The notes under the pieces are model-generated. The model was not told the origin of the DNA. It worked only from the letters and a program-made list of their open reading frames with translations, and ran no database searches. From positions 4,898,001 through 4,962,000 of the forward strand of contig NC_134029.1 of assembly GCF_964204645.1 (NCBI RefSeq): 64,000 nucleotides of DNA. The letters run 5' to 3'. Positions 1 to 13,310 of this stretch are shown in pieces (positions within the stretch are counted from its first letter, which is position 1; the number at the start of each line of letters is the position of its first letter). The stretch comes from Tubulanus polymorphus. Taxonomy: Eukaryota; Animalia; Nemertea. The translations under genes and the position numbers were made by a program.

Positions 1-372
1 CTACATCAAAGACATGTGACAAACCGACAGCAATGAAAAAAGAAACATTTGGTTTATTCAATACTTCGTGATAATAAAGTTTTCGTTAGACCTACGATTC
101 TAAAAGAAAAACTAGACTAAACTGGTACTGAGATCTGAAACATCACCACTTCGACGATGCAAGCGATCTCGGAGATGAAGTGATGCTTAGTTCCGTTATG
201 TAAAGGCAAATACGTTTTGAGATAATTTTCACATAAAGGTCCGTTCCATATGAAAATACATTTCTAGGTTATCCACTTGGTTTGCATAAACTATGCCTAA
301 CTCGCTTTTTTATTGCAGTGAAATGTTGCAAAATCATTGGAAAATACACTATAATATAATCTGTTTATTCAG

Positions 373-2052
373 ATCTGATAGGTTATACGAAGGTGACAGC
401 AATCCCAGCGGGGTCGACCAATGTTTTGATAGAAGATATTAACATCAACGTAATTGGTGAGTTCCAACATGAACAACAATCTTCAACCAGTATACAAACT
501 TAAGTCAGGACCAGCAAATTCAAAATTCTTATTTGATTTTACATATTATTTTGTCATTGGTGTAATAATCTTATTCAGCGTTGGAAGATTCCGGGGCATT
601 TCTCGTATTGAACGCGTACAGACTGAATAATTTCGACACTTCTCCGCATCTTTCGAAGGCTGGTTTACAATACTACAGGACACCGGAAAATAGAGGCCAC
701 ATATTTCTTATCGGACCTACCGTGGAAGAACTCGAAGTCATGGTAAGGTAAATGGGCTATACGCATGCATCTTAATCGTGTTGAGCAACCCAATATAGCA
801 TATGGAACTAACTCGATTTTTTTATCTTGACTGTTCTGTTAGCGGTATAAGAAAGTGATGTACTTGTCTATATGAATCATATCACACAAGATATATTTAG
901 TGTCTTTTTAGTAGTGATATCGCATACAGTTAGCGATCTAATCAATACGCATCACATATCGTTATTTGCCCGCTTTCCTTTTCGAAGGTTTTACAACGTA
1001 ATCGACCGATCGTGATCAACTACGAATATTGGTGGTCCTCCCAAGCCGCGAGCAGACGTGGCCATCCGATGATGAACAAGACGCCGGCTCCAGGAGAAGT
1101 AAAACCCACGTCGACGGTGACGGTCATAAACAATTCGGATAAATCCGAAAAAAGAAAACGTAAGAAGCCTCGTGATAATACGACGAACAGACGTCAAAAG
1201 GATGGAGGATTTGTAAAAAACAGTAACAACGACGATAGAAAACAGGGAAAGTCAGACCGACGAAACTGTCCACCTAAGTCAGGTTAATATTTCATTTCAT
1301 TGTGAATGAAATCTCCCGAAAACTGGATTTACCTTTTCAACTTTATAATTTGTAGGTCGTCGTAACTCGCGCAGGAATGGTAATAGAACACACGCTAAAC
1401 ATCAGTATTGTAAGAGCGATTTTGGTAGGTTCAACCTGTAATGAAAACCGTTTATTCGTCATCAAACATCAGGTCGAAATCAATATTCGCATTTTATCGA
1501 ATCGAATCGATCATGGCAATCGATTGATCGTAGCCCGGTTAGCTCAGTCGGTAGAGCATCAGGCTTTTAACCTGAGGGTCCTGGGTTCGAGTCCCATACC
1601 GGGCGTTTCACTATTTTTTACTATTTTTTATTTTATGCTTCTATTGTTCTAACTAATGGAATCCGAATGCCTTGGAATTCGTTCGTTGACTTAGCCGTGT
1701 GTTTCAAAAGGCTCCTGGTTGACTACCATTTGGCATTTCTTTTGCAGTCATCAAAGTGACAGTAATGACGAGGACAACGAATGGAGCTTTGTATCGATAT
1801 ATAGTGATAGTAAGGCAGATATTTCGAACACGGGTACAACTGACGCGTCAAATGTTCATCTGGAGCGATGCTACATCGTGCGATGTGCCGTACATGCACG
1901 AGAGTAAAGACTACATCATCATGGGCACGTCCCGCCCAGACACCAGCAAACGACGCGGTATATTTCTATTACAAAAAAGTGATTACGCCAAGAAATGGAC
2001 ATCGAGACGCGAAAACCTGGCCAAAGCGTTAAAAACGAGACTTAAATGTTGA
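373..2052 (+). CDS. ADAMTSL5: ADAMTS-like protein 5-like (ADAM spacer + basic linker + C-terminal netrin/NTR module); 5' end not resolved
   Basis: Phase-compatible GT-AG exons ~373-456, 579-742, 988-1282, 1356-1424, 1748-2052. Translation gives a spacer (GYTKVTAIPAGSTNVLIED...GPTVEELEVM|VLQRNRPIVINYEYW) and an NTR module (YCKSDF|VIKVTV...YIVIVRQIF...DYIIMG...DYAKKW...LKC*). Spacer+NTR is the ADAMTSL5 architecture. Confidence 0.75.
1533..1605 (+). tRNA. tRNA-Lys(TTT), inside the last intron (1425-1747) of the ADAMTSL5-like gene
   Basis: 73 nt. Acceptor stem GCCCGGT/ACCGGGC, A box TAGCTCAGTCGG, anticodon arm TCAGG-CT-TTT-AA-CCTGA, T loop GGTTCGAGTCC, oligo-T Pol III terminator just downstream. 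Confidence 0.97.
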
Positions 2053-2494
2053 TTTTTGCAAGAATCAGTTTTAAAAGAATGTAAATCACGCGAAAGCTAT
2101 AATGGATTGGAAATTCAATTTAAAACACAGCTGCAGTCACGGGGACCTCTAGGAACCAATTCTGGGGTTACGCTAATGTTTATCTATATGAGCGTGACCT
2201 ATGAATCCCGTAACCTAAGCTGTGACAAGTAAGACCTTTTGCCGGTGTCTCTCACAAAAGGCGACAATGGTTCAGAATACTGAGCTCTGCTGAAATAGAT
2301 GTATCATAGAAATTCGTTTGAACATGTTTTGTTAGTTTTAAAGAAATTAAATAAATGTTTTTTTCTACAATCCATTTATGAAGTAAATGTTTACTCTGAC
2401 GTCGCAGGCCCACAGGTTAAGAAAACGACCAGAAATAGTCGTTCACCGTAGCCCCGGGTTTGCTCCCATTCACCGGAGAATTTTACGCTTTTTA

Positions 2495-2824
2495 CAGCGG
2501 CGGATCCAGGATTTCATGGAGGGGGTGCGCAAATCCAAACAGGGGGTCTGGGGGAAAATTTTTTGAAATTAGACGCAAAATTAGACGCGCGGAGACGCGT
2601 TCTTGGCACGGTCAGAGTACGATTTAACTCGCAATTTGAATAGTGATTTTCACAACTTTCATGAACGATGTAGGACTGTCGTATAAAAGCGCTGGTAATT
2701 GTACACGACGACATAAGCTTACGCATTTTCAGGGATTTTTCACATGCTTGCCTTCGTTTTCACGAAAAGATCAGTCCATAAAAAAATACCCTGTGCGACA
2801 CCTCCCCCTCTGGATCCGCCGCTG
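2495..2824. mobile_element. Non-autonomous TIR element (MITE) with CAG...CTG ends, possibly hAT-like
   Basis: Perfect 15-bp TIR CAGCGGCGGATCCAG / CTGGATCCGCCGCTG, with TTTTA on both flanks. A related degenerate copy lies at 25250-25422. Confidence 0.75.
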
Positions 2825-3227
2825 TTTTAGTTTATAGTAGTAGTATTGTATTCATTTTCATTTGGTTGTTATATTACTACATGATTGATATTATATAATA
2901 TACAGTGAAAAAAAATGTAACAAGAAATGTGGGCTACACGGAGAGATCACAAGGATTTATTATTATTATCTATTAATTTATTGAAATTTGTTTTATTTCT
3001 TTTGATTACATTGACCTTTATCATTAGAAATAACACTCAGTCCGAATCACTTCGGTTCCCTAAACTATATAAAAACTACGCGAGTCTTTCTCCAAAGAGC
3101 GAAAAAGAAAAGAGTCCAAGCATAGAGCAAGTGGATGCACTCTACACACTGAAGCGCCGCGCGTGCGTGTGTAACGTATGTAAAGATCTAGCTATATATA
3201 CATAGTGATTGTGCAACTCAACACAGC

Positions 3228-3300
3228 GGTCCTGTGGCCCAATGGATAAGGCATCTGACTACGAATCAGGGGATTCCAGGTTCGAGTCCTGGCAGGATCG
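3228..3300 (+). tRNA. tRNA-Arg(ACG)
   Basis: 73 nt GGTCCTG...CAGGATCG. Anticodon arm TCTGA-CT-ACG-AA-TCAGG, T loop GGTTCGAGTCC, T5 terminator downstream. Confidence 0.97.
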
Positions 3301-3723
3301 ACTATTTTTCAAAATTTTTTTATGTTTTCAAGATAATGCTGGAGACGTTAATGTTAAATTTGGCTCCATATCTTATCGACAATGTAAATAAGACAAACAT
3401 TTTGTTTTGACGCTACTTCCAAAGTTCGCGTCGTCTGTGGCAACCGAACTGTATCTGACGATATTGGTTCATTGCGCTGGGTCTCCAAAAACTGCTGGAA
3501 GCTGAACAACCACGTGTTTCCAGCTAATATCCACAAGTAGACCGATGTCTTTACGCAACACTCTATCGCGGTTGTCCTACAAAGTTTGCAAAATGTTGAC
3601 TAGAGTAAAACAAACGAGATTGGAAAATCAAATGCAAATCTTTGCAATTTGTTAGAAAACATTAACCAGAAAGAACGATGATCTGAAGTAAATGTTTTTT
3701 GTAAGTGTAATTTATATTTGCAT

Positions 3724-5287
3724 CTATGATATACTTTGAATACTCGCTACATAATTCAAAGAAGCGTTATCTGTCTCGTTATTAATTTCATCAGTTTGTT
3801 TTGGTTTCTGTTTGATATGTTTGATCCAATCTGGAATCAGTATCACAACGCAAATACAAAACAAACCGGCGCAGAAATAGAACGAGATCGCGTAGTTTCC
3901 CGTTGCGTCGTAAATCCAACCTGAAAAAGAAAACATGCGTAAAATAGATTTAATCGGTGGTAATGAGACCTGGAATGAGACCGAGGTTTTTACGTATGGT
4001 GAGACCTACCAGCGACTGGAGCACCGAGCAAATATCCAAATCCCCCCAAAAACATACTATACGAATATGCCATGTACAAATATTCCTTTCCGAATTGTTC
4101 CAGAATTATCAACATATGTAAACAACCATAGCCAGTGATTGAAATCCCGATACAAGCCCCGGCTGCCAGGGCTGCTGCATAACCCTTCATAAATGGTATT
4201 ACACCGACTTGAATCGCGAATAACGTGTTCAGAATCATGTAGAAGGTGAAGGTATCGATCCTGGGATGTTTGGCCAGAAGTGAGACAATGATGCGCGCAA
4301 AAAGTGACGATAGACCAAGCGCTGATAAAGTAAATCTCGCCTGTTCGGGGGATATTTCCAATAAAACTCTAGTTCCAGACACGATATGCACATATACCAT
4401 CGATATTCCACCACATAACAAAAATGTGTGTATAACAAATGCTACGAATAACTTATTTTGAAAAAGGTCCAACTGATGAAGATCGCGAAATCTTTTGGTT
4501 TTCTCGCATTTCTTCTGCCGCAATAGCGATTCTTGGTTTTCCTCGAGTTCTGGAAGCGGTTTTTTGGACCAGCGACGAAATATGAGTCCTATCGCGCATT
4601 GCTGAGCCACTATTCCGCTAAGAATCATACAGCATCCGCGCCAACCGTACAGTTTCAAACAGTAGTTTATGATAAACGGGAAAGAAAGAACGCCGATCGA
4701 ACTACTGGTTGTCCTCATGCCTTGTACAAGTGCCGCCTGCTTTGGAAATCGGTATATTAGATATGGTCCTAAACTACAATAATGAATAGTGAAGCCACAT
4801 CCTGAAAAATTAAGAGCAAAGGCATTAAAATGAACATTCAATCTAACAAAGGAACCATATTTCAAGTTTACCTGCTAAAAATCGTAATGCTATTGCGAGG
4901 TAGATATTGTATGTGAATGACGTCACAGCTGCGGCTGATGCGTTGATCGTTGAAGCGATGAAAAATACTTTGCGAAAACCAAATCTTTTTACCAATAGAT
5001 TTGCGATCGGAGCTGAATATGAAAGGTAAATAATCAAAAGAAGAGAATGTCCACGATAGCTAACACTTACCCCTGAACTTACCCCCACAACAGCTGATTC
5101 CGATGATAGCCGTACCGAGCCAAGCTGTTACACCGCTTCCCTTGTGAAAATAGTTCACCCATTCCGCCACCAGAATTCCATCAACGTAATTACCTCCTCT
5201 GATGAACGAAGAGGCGAAACCAGCAGCCAAGACGATTACTGTTTCCAACAGGTTTGACTTCTCATTATTTACTGCTTTGTCGGCCAT
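3724..5287 (-). CDS. SLC16/monocarboxylate transporter family MFS protein, copy 1 (~444 aa)
   Basis: Exons 5287-5083, 5012-4872, 4801-4010, 3920-3724 sum to 1335 nt in frame. MFS/MCT motifs: LVKRFGFRKV, YGWRGCCMILSGI, GYLLGAPVAGWIYDATGNY. Confidence 0.88.
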
Positions 5288-6369
5288 AACTTAATCTTAT
5301 GCGTCGCATTGTGGTATAAATATATCGATCAATAAAAAGACGACCTTTGAGCGATTGATCGAAATTCTATTGACTTTCTTGTCCTGGTGATAAGCTTGTA
5401 TTATGTAACAAAGTCCCATGTAAAATGTTCTCCAAAACCAATGGATATTTTAAGGCCAAAGTATTATGTATAATATGTACAGCCGCTAACCTTGACACAC
5501 TCATTTAATCGTATATTTGATTCTGTTTTATTACGCTGTATAGGTCGCGTCATACGAGTTATGTCAAAGATAATTTTTCAACGCTTATTGAATAGACGCA
5601 GTGATCTTGCAGTTTCCAAGAAGGAAAAACGTAGATATCGAATGGCAAATTTGTGGGTGATTCTTTGCTTTTGGAGACGTAAAAAAGGAATTTGGTATTA
5701 TAATACCGGTAGTTCATTTTAGAAGAACCCGTGCAATAGAAATAAATTCATGTACGCGGATAAGCACAAAATGTAGAATTTTCTTAAAAAGTGATGTAGA
5801 TATATGACAAATAAAATGATGCATTTCACTTCAAACTGACCGCAAATTTCACTAGGATATGGCTCTATCTTGGCCCTGTAGTGGTTAACAAACTGGTAGC
5901 CTCCAATGATATTCAGGAATATTTCTTAGCACGGCGTGGCCAAAAGCTACCTTCACACGACAAGCATATTTTTTTCATGCGATTCCAAAAAGTTTGGTAT
6001 TCTCACGCGAAAAAACAAAAAAACGGGCTATTTTTGTGGATGTTTTTTTGTCGTTGCTCTAACCGTACAGAAGGATTTTTTAGTACGGCCCGAATCAGCC
6101 ACCATAAAACTAGGCTAGATGGATACATTTTAATCTTGTTAGGCGACTCAAATACACTATGCAATGGTGATCAAGTAATTTGTTTCCAGCTAATATCCAC
6201 AAGTAGACCGATGCCTGTCTTTACACGGCTAACATACTCTATCGCGGCTGTCCTACACTGTTGACACTGTTGACAAAATGTTGTATAACAAATAAGATGG
6301 GTAGATCAAATGTAAATCTTTGCCTTTTGTTAGAAAAGATTAACCAGAAAGAACGCTAATGTGAGGTAT

Positions 6370-7933
6370 CTATGATATACTTTGAATACTCGCTACATAA
6401 TTCAAAGAAGCGTTATCTGTCTCGTTATTAATTTCATCAGTTTGTTTTGGTTTCTGTTTGATATGTTTGATCCAATCTGGAATCAGTATCACAACGCAAA
6501 TACAAAACAAACCGGCGCAGAAATAGAACGAGATCGCGTAGTTTCCCGTTGCGTCGTAAATCCAACCTGAAAAAGAAAACATGCGTAAAATAGATTTAAT
6601 CGGTGGTAATGAGACCTGGAATGAGACCGAGGTTTTTACGTATGGTGAGACCTACCAGCGACTGGAGCACCGAGCAAATATCCAAATCCCCCCAAAAACA
6701 TACTATACGAATATGCCATGTACAAATATTCCTTTCCGAATTGTTCCAGAATTATCAACATATGTAAACAACCATAGCCAGTGATTGAAATCCCGATACA
6801 AGCCCCGGCTGCCAGGGCTGCTGCATAACCCTTCATAAATGGTATTACACCGACTTGAATCGCGAATAACGTGTTCAGAATCATGTAGAAGGTGAAGGTA
6901 TCGATCCTGGGATGTTTGGCCAGAAGTGAGACAATGATGCGCGCAAAAAGTGACGATAGACCAAGCGCTGATAAAGTAAATCTCGCCTGTTCGGGGGATA
7001 TTTCCAATAAAACTCTAGTTCCAGACACGATATGCACATATACCATCGATATTCCACCACATAACAAAAATGTGTGTATAACAAATGCTACGAATAACTT
7101 ATTTTGAAAAAGGTCCAACTGATGAAGATCGCGAAATCTTTTGGTTTTCTCGCATTTCTTCTGCCGCAATAGCGATTCTTGGTTTTCCTCGAGTTCTGGA
7201 AGCGGTTTTTTGGACCAGCGACGAAATATGAGTCCTATCGCGCATTGCTGAGCCACTATTCCGCTAAGAATCATACAGCATCCGCGCCAACCGTACAGTT
7301 TCAAACAGTAGTTTATGATAAACGGGAAAGAAAGAACGCCGATCGAACTACTGGTTGTCCTCATGCCTTGTACAAGTGCCGCCTGCTTTGGAAATCGGTA
7401 TATTAGATATGGTCCTAAACTACAATAATGAATAGTGAAGCCACATCCTGAAAAATTAAGAGCAAAGGCATTAAAATGAACATTCAATCTAACAAAGGAA
7501 CCATATTTCAAGTTTACCTGCTAAAAATCGTAATGCTATTGCGAGGTAGATATTGTATGTGAATGACGTCACAGCTGCGGCTGATGCGTTGATCGTTGAA
7601 GCGATGAAAAATACTTTGCGAAAACCAAATCTTTTTACCAATAGATTTGCGATCGGAGCTGAATATGAAAGGTAAATAATCAAAAGAAGAGAATGTCCAC
7701 GATAGCTAACACTTACCCCTGAACTTACCCCCACAACAGCTGATTCCGATGATAGCCGTACCGAGCCAAGCTGTTACACCGCTTCCCTTGTGAAAATAGT
7801 TCACCCATTCCGCCACCAGAATTCCATCAACGTAATTACCTCCTCTGATGAACGAAGAGGCGAAACCAGCAGCCAAGACGATTACTGTTTCCAACAGGTT
7901 TGACTTCTCATTATTTACTGCTTTGTCGGCCAT
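6370..7933 (-). CDS. SLC16/MCT-family transporter, copy 2
   Basis: Offset +2646 from copy 1, with identical translated ORFs and splice sites. Confidence 0.85.
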
Positions 7934-9015
7934 AACTTAATCTTATGCGTCGCATTGTGGTATAAATATATCGATCAATAAAAAGACGACCTTTGAGCGA
8001 TTGATCGAAATTCTATTGACTTTCTTGTCCTGGTGATAAGCTTGTATTATGTAACAAAGTCCCATGTAAAATGTTCTCCAAAACCAATGGATATTTTAAG
8101 GCCAAAGTATTATGTATAATATGTACAGCCGCTAACCTTGACACACTCATTTAATCGTATATTTGATTCTGTTTTATTACGCTGTATAGGTCGCGTCATA
8201 CGAGTTATGTCAAAGATAATTTTTCAACGCTTATTGAATAGACGCAGTGATCTTGCAGTTTCCAAGAAGGAAAAACGTAGATATCGAATGGCAAATTTGT
8301 GGGTGATTCTTTGCTTTTGGAGACGTAAAAAAGGAATTTGGTATTATAATACCGGTAGTTCATTTTAGAAGAACCCGTGCAATAGAAATAAATTCATGTA
8401 CGCGGATAAGCACAAAATGTAGAATTTTCTTAAAAAGTGATGTAGATATATGACAAATAAAATGATGCATTTCACTTCAAACTGACCGCAAATTTCACTA
8501 GGATATGGCTCTATCTTGGCCCTGTAGTGGTTAACAAACTGGTAGCCTCCAATGATATTCAGGAATATTTCTTAGCACGGCGTGGCCAAAAGCTACCTTC
8601 ACACGACAAGCATATTTTTTTCATGCGATTCCAAAAAGTTTGGTATTCTCACGCGAAAAAACAAAAAAACGGGCTATTTTTGTGGATGTTTTTTTGTCGT
8701 TGCTCCAACCGTACAGAAGGATTTTTTAGTACGGCCCGAATCAGCCACCATAAAACTAGGCTAGATGGATACATTTTAATCTTGTTAGGCGACTCAAATA
8801 CACTATGCAATGGTGATCAAGTAATTTGTTTCCAGCTAATATCCACAAGTAGACCGATGCCTGTCTTTACACGGCTAACATACTCTATCGCGGCTGTCCT
8901 ACACTGTTGACACTGTTGACAAAATGTTGTATAACAAATAAGATGGGTAGATCAAATGTAAATCTTTGCCTTTTGTTAGAAAAGATTAACCAGAAAGAAC
9001 GCTAATGTGAGGTAT

Positions 9016-10579
9016 CTATGATATACTTTGAATACTCGCTACATAATTCAAAGAAGCGTTATCTGTCTCGTTATTAATTTCATCAGTTTGTTTTGGTTTC
9101 TGTTTGATATGTTTGATCCAATCTGGAATCAGTATCACAACGCAAATACAAAACAAACCGGCGCAGAAATAGAACGAGATCGCGTAGTTTCCCGTTGCGT
9201 CGTAAATCCAACCTGAAAAAGAAAACATGCGTAAAATAAATTTAATCGGTGGTAATGAGACCTGGAATGAGACCGAGGTTTTTACGTATGGTGAGACCTA
9301 CCAGCGACTGGAGCACCGAGCAAATATCCAAATCCCCCAAAAAACATACTATACGAATATGCCATGTACAAATATTCCTTTCCGAATTGTTCCAGAATTA
9401 TCAACATATGTAAACAACCATAGCCAGTGATTGAAATCCCGATACAAGCCCCGGCTGCCAGGGCTGCTGCATAACCCTTCATAAATGGTATTACACCGAC
9501 TTGAATCGCGAATAACGTGTTCAGAATCATGTAGAAGGTGAAGGTATCGATCCTGGGATGTTTGGCCAGAAGTGAGACAATGATGCGCGCAAAAAGTGAC
9601 GATAGACCAAGCGCTGATAAAGTAAATCTCGCCTGTTCGGGGGATATTTCCAATAAAACTCTAGTTCCAGACACGATATGCACATATACCATCGATATTC
9701 CACCACATAACAAAAATGTGTGTATAACAAATGCTACGAATAACTTATTTTGAAAAAGGTCCAACTGATGAAGATCGCGAAATCTTTTGGTTTTCTCGCA
9801 TTTCTTCTGCCGCAATAGCGATTCTTGGTTTTCCTCGAGTTCTGGAAGCGGTTTTTTGGACCAGCGACGAAACATGAGTCCTATCGCGCATTGCTGAGCC
9901 ACTATTCCGCTAAGAATCATACAGCATCCGCGCCAACCGTACAGTTTCAAACAGTAGTTTATGATAAACGGGAAAGAAAGAACGCCGATCGAACTACTGG
10001 TTGTCCTCATGCCTTGTACAAGTGCCGCCTGCTTTGGAAATCGGTATATTAGATATGGTCCTAAACTACAATAATGAATAGTGAAGCCACATCCTGAAAA
10101 ATTAAGAGCAAAGGCATTAAAATGAACATTCAATCTAACAAAGGAACCATATTTCAAGTTTACCTGCTAAAAATCGTAATGCTATTGCGAGGTAGATATT
10201 GTATGTGAATGACGTCACAGCTGCGGCTGATGCGTTGATCGTTGAAGCGATGAAAAATACTTTGCGAAAACCAAATCTTTTTACCAATAAATTTGCGATC
10301 GGAGCTGAATATGAAAGGTAAATAATCAAAAGAAGAGAATGTCCACGATAGCTAACACTTACCCCTGAACTTACCCCCACAACAGCTGATTCCGATGATA
10401 GCCGTACCGAGCCAAGCTGTTACACCGCTTCCCTTGTGAAAATAGTTCACCCATTCCGCCACCAGAATTCCATCAACGTAATTACCTCCTCTGATGAACG
10501 AAGAGGCGAAACCAGCAGCCAAGACGATTACTGTTTCCAACAGGTTTGACTTCTCATTATTTACTGCTTTGTCGGCCAT
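9016..10579 (-). CDS. SLC16/MCT-family transporter, copy 3
   Basis: Offset +5292 from copy 1. Two visible amino-acid changes (GLIFRR>GLMFRR, MFLGG>MFFGG). Confidence 0.85.
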
Positions 10580-11664
10580 AACTTAATCTTATGCGTCGCA
10601 TTGTGGTATAGATATATCGATCAATAAAAAGACGACCTTTGAGCGATTGATCGGAATTCTATTGACTTTCTTGTCCTGGTGATAAGCTTGTATTATGTAA
10701 AAAGTCCCATGTAAAATGTTCTCCAAAACCAATGGATATTTTAAAGCCAAAGTATTATGTATAATATGTACAGCCGCTAACCTTGACACACTCATTTAAT
10801 CGTATATTTGATTCTGTTTTATTACGCTGTATAGGTCGCGTCATACGAGTTATGTCAAAGATAATTTTTCAACGCTTATTGAATAGACGCAGTGATCTTG
10901 CAGTTTCCAAGAAGGAAAAACGTAGATATCGAATGGCAAATTTGTGGGTGATTCTTTGCTTTTGGAGACGTAAAAAAGGAATTTGGTATCATAATACCGG
11001 TAGTTCATTTTAGAAGAACCCGTGCAATAGAAATAAATTCATGTACGCGGATAAGCACAAAATGTAGAATTTTCTTAAAAAGTGATGTAGATATATGACA
11101 AATAAAATGATGCATTTCACTTCAAACTGACCGCAAATTTCACTAGGATATGGCTCTATCTTGGCCCTGTAGTGGTTAACAAACTGGTAGCCTCCAATGA
11201 TATTCAGGAATATTTCTTAGCATGGCGTGGCCAAAAGCTACCTTCACACGACAAGCATATTTTTTTCATGCGATTCCAAAAAGTTTGGTATTCTCACGCG
11301 AAAAAAACCCCAAAAAAACGGGCTATTTTTGTGGAAGTTTTTTTGTCGTTGCTTTAACCGTACAGAAGGATTTTTTAGTACGGCCCGAATCAGCCACCAT
11401 AAAACTAGGCTAGATGGATACATCTTAATCTTGTTAGGCGACTCAAATACACTATGCAATGGTGATCAAGTAATTTGTTTCCAGCTAATATCCACAAGTA
11501 GACCGATGCCTGTCTTTACACGGCTAACATACTCTATCGCGGCTGTCCTACACTGTTGACACTGTTGACAAAATGTTGTATAACAAATAAGATGGGAAGA
11601 TCAAATGTAAATCTTTGCCTTTTGTTAGAAAAGATTAACCAGAAAGAACGCTAATGTGAGGTAT

Positions 11665-13310
11665 CTATGATATACTTTGAATACTCGCTACATAATTCAA
11701 AGAAGCGTTATCTTTCTCGTTATTAATTTCATCAGTTTGTTTTGGTTTCTGTTTGATATGTTTGATCCAATCTGGAATCAGTATCACAACGCAAATACAA
11801 AACAAACCGGCGCAGAATTAGAACGAGATCGCGTAGTTTCCCGTTGCGTCGTAAATCCAACCTGAAAAAGAAAACATGCGTAAAATAGATTTAATCGGTG
11901 GTAATGAGACCTGGAATGAGACCGAGGTTTTTACGTATGGTGAGACCTACCAGCGACTGGAGCACCGAGCAAATATCCAAATCCCCCAAAAAACACACTA
12001 TATGAATATGACATGTACAAATATTCCCTTCCAAATTGTTCCAGGATTAACAACATATATAAACAACCATACCCAGTCAATAAAACCCGGATACAAGCAC
12101 CAGCTGCCAGGGCTGCAGCGTAACCCTTCATAAATGGTATTACACCGACTTGAATCGCGAATAACGTGTTCAGAATCATGTAGACGGTAAAGGTATCGAT
12201 CCTGGGATGTTTGGTCAGAAGTGAAACAATGATGCGCGCAAAAAGTGACGATAGACCAAGCGCTGATAAAGTAAATCTCGCCTGTTCGGGGGATATTTCC
12301 AATAAAACTCTAGTTCCAGACACGATATGCACATATACTATCGACAATCCTCCATATAACAAAAATATATGTGTAACAAATGCTACGAATAACTTATTTT
12401 GAAAAAGGTCCAATTGATGAAGATCGCGAAATCTTTTGGTTTTCTCGCATTTCTTCTGTCGCAATAGCGATTCTTGGTTTTCCTCGAGTTCTGGAAGCGG
12501 TTTTTTGGACCAGCGACGAAATATGAGTCCTATCGCGCATTGCTGAGCCACTATTCCGCTAAGAATCATACAGCATCCGCGCCAACCGTACAGTTTCAAA
12601 CAGTAGTTTATGATAAACGGGAAAGAAATAACTCCGATCGAACCACTAGTTGCCCTTATACCTTGCACAAGTGCTGCCTGCTTTGGAAATCTGTATATTA
12701 GATATGGTCCTAAACTACAAAAATGAATAGTGAAGCCACATCCTAAAATAGAGAGCAAATGCATTAAAATGGATATTTTACCCCGACCAACTTATAGCAA
12801 GTTGTTGTAGGTGCGTTGCTTAAATAAATGAACGATTTGTTCCGTGTTGATACAAGTTTCTTACATAAAAACGCCTTTTATCTGAAATTTACCTGCTAAG
12901 AATCGTAATGCTATTGCGAGGTAGATATTGTATGTAAATGACGTCACAGCTATGGCAGATGCGTTGATCGTTGAAGCGATGAAAAACACTTTGCGAAAAC
13001 CGAATCTTTTTACCAATACATTTGCGATGGGAGCTGAATATGAAAAGTAAATAATCAAAAGGAGAGAATATGTCCACGATAGCTAACCATCATAGATGAA
13101 CTTACCCCCACAACAGCTGATTCCGATGATAGCCGTACCGAGTCAAGCTGTTACACCGCTTTCCTTGTGAAAATAGTTCACCCATTCCGCCACCAGAATT
13201 CCATCAACGTAATTACCTCCGATGAGGAACGAAGAGACAAAACCAGCAGATATGATGATAACTGTTTCTAACAGGTTTGATTTCTCATTTTCTACTGGTT
13301 TGTCGGCCAT
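11665..13310 (-). pseudogene. SLC16/MCT-family transporter copy 4, pseudogene
   Basis: Same four-exon structure, but exon 1 has Trp TGG>TGA (13143-13145) and the last exon has Tyr TAT>TAA (11818-11820). Confidence 0.85.

Larger units (their letters stand above)
3722..12740. repeat. Near-perfect tandem segmental duplication, unit 2646 bp (~3.4 units)
   Basis: The ORF track repeats at +2646 intervals (3990/6636/9282), and intergenic and intronic sequence is also near-identical. Confidence 0.95.

Noticed and set aside
1377-1652. 91-aa ORF overlapping the tRNA-Lys, and ORF 3209-3391 over the tRNA-Arg
   Set aside because: These are translations of tRNA and intron sequence with no protein-family features.
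5492-6264. Repeated short + strand ORFs between SLC16 copies
   Set aside because: They recur only because of the tandem duplication, lack motifs, and are frameshifted in unit 3.
13143-13145. In-frame TGA in SLC16 copy 4 as selenocysteine or readthrough
   Set aside because: It replaces Trp (TGG), not Cys, and the same copy has a second TAA stop, so nonsense mutation is the simpler reading.
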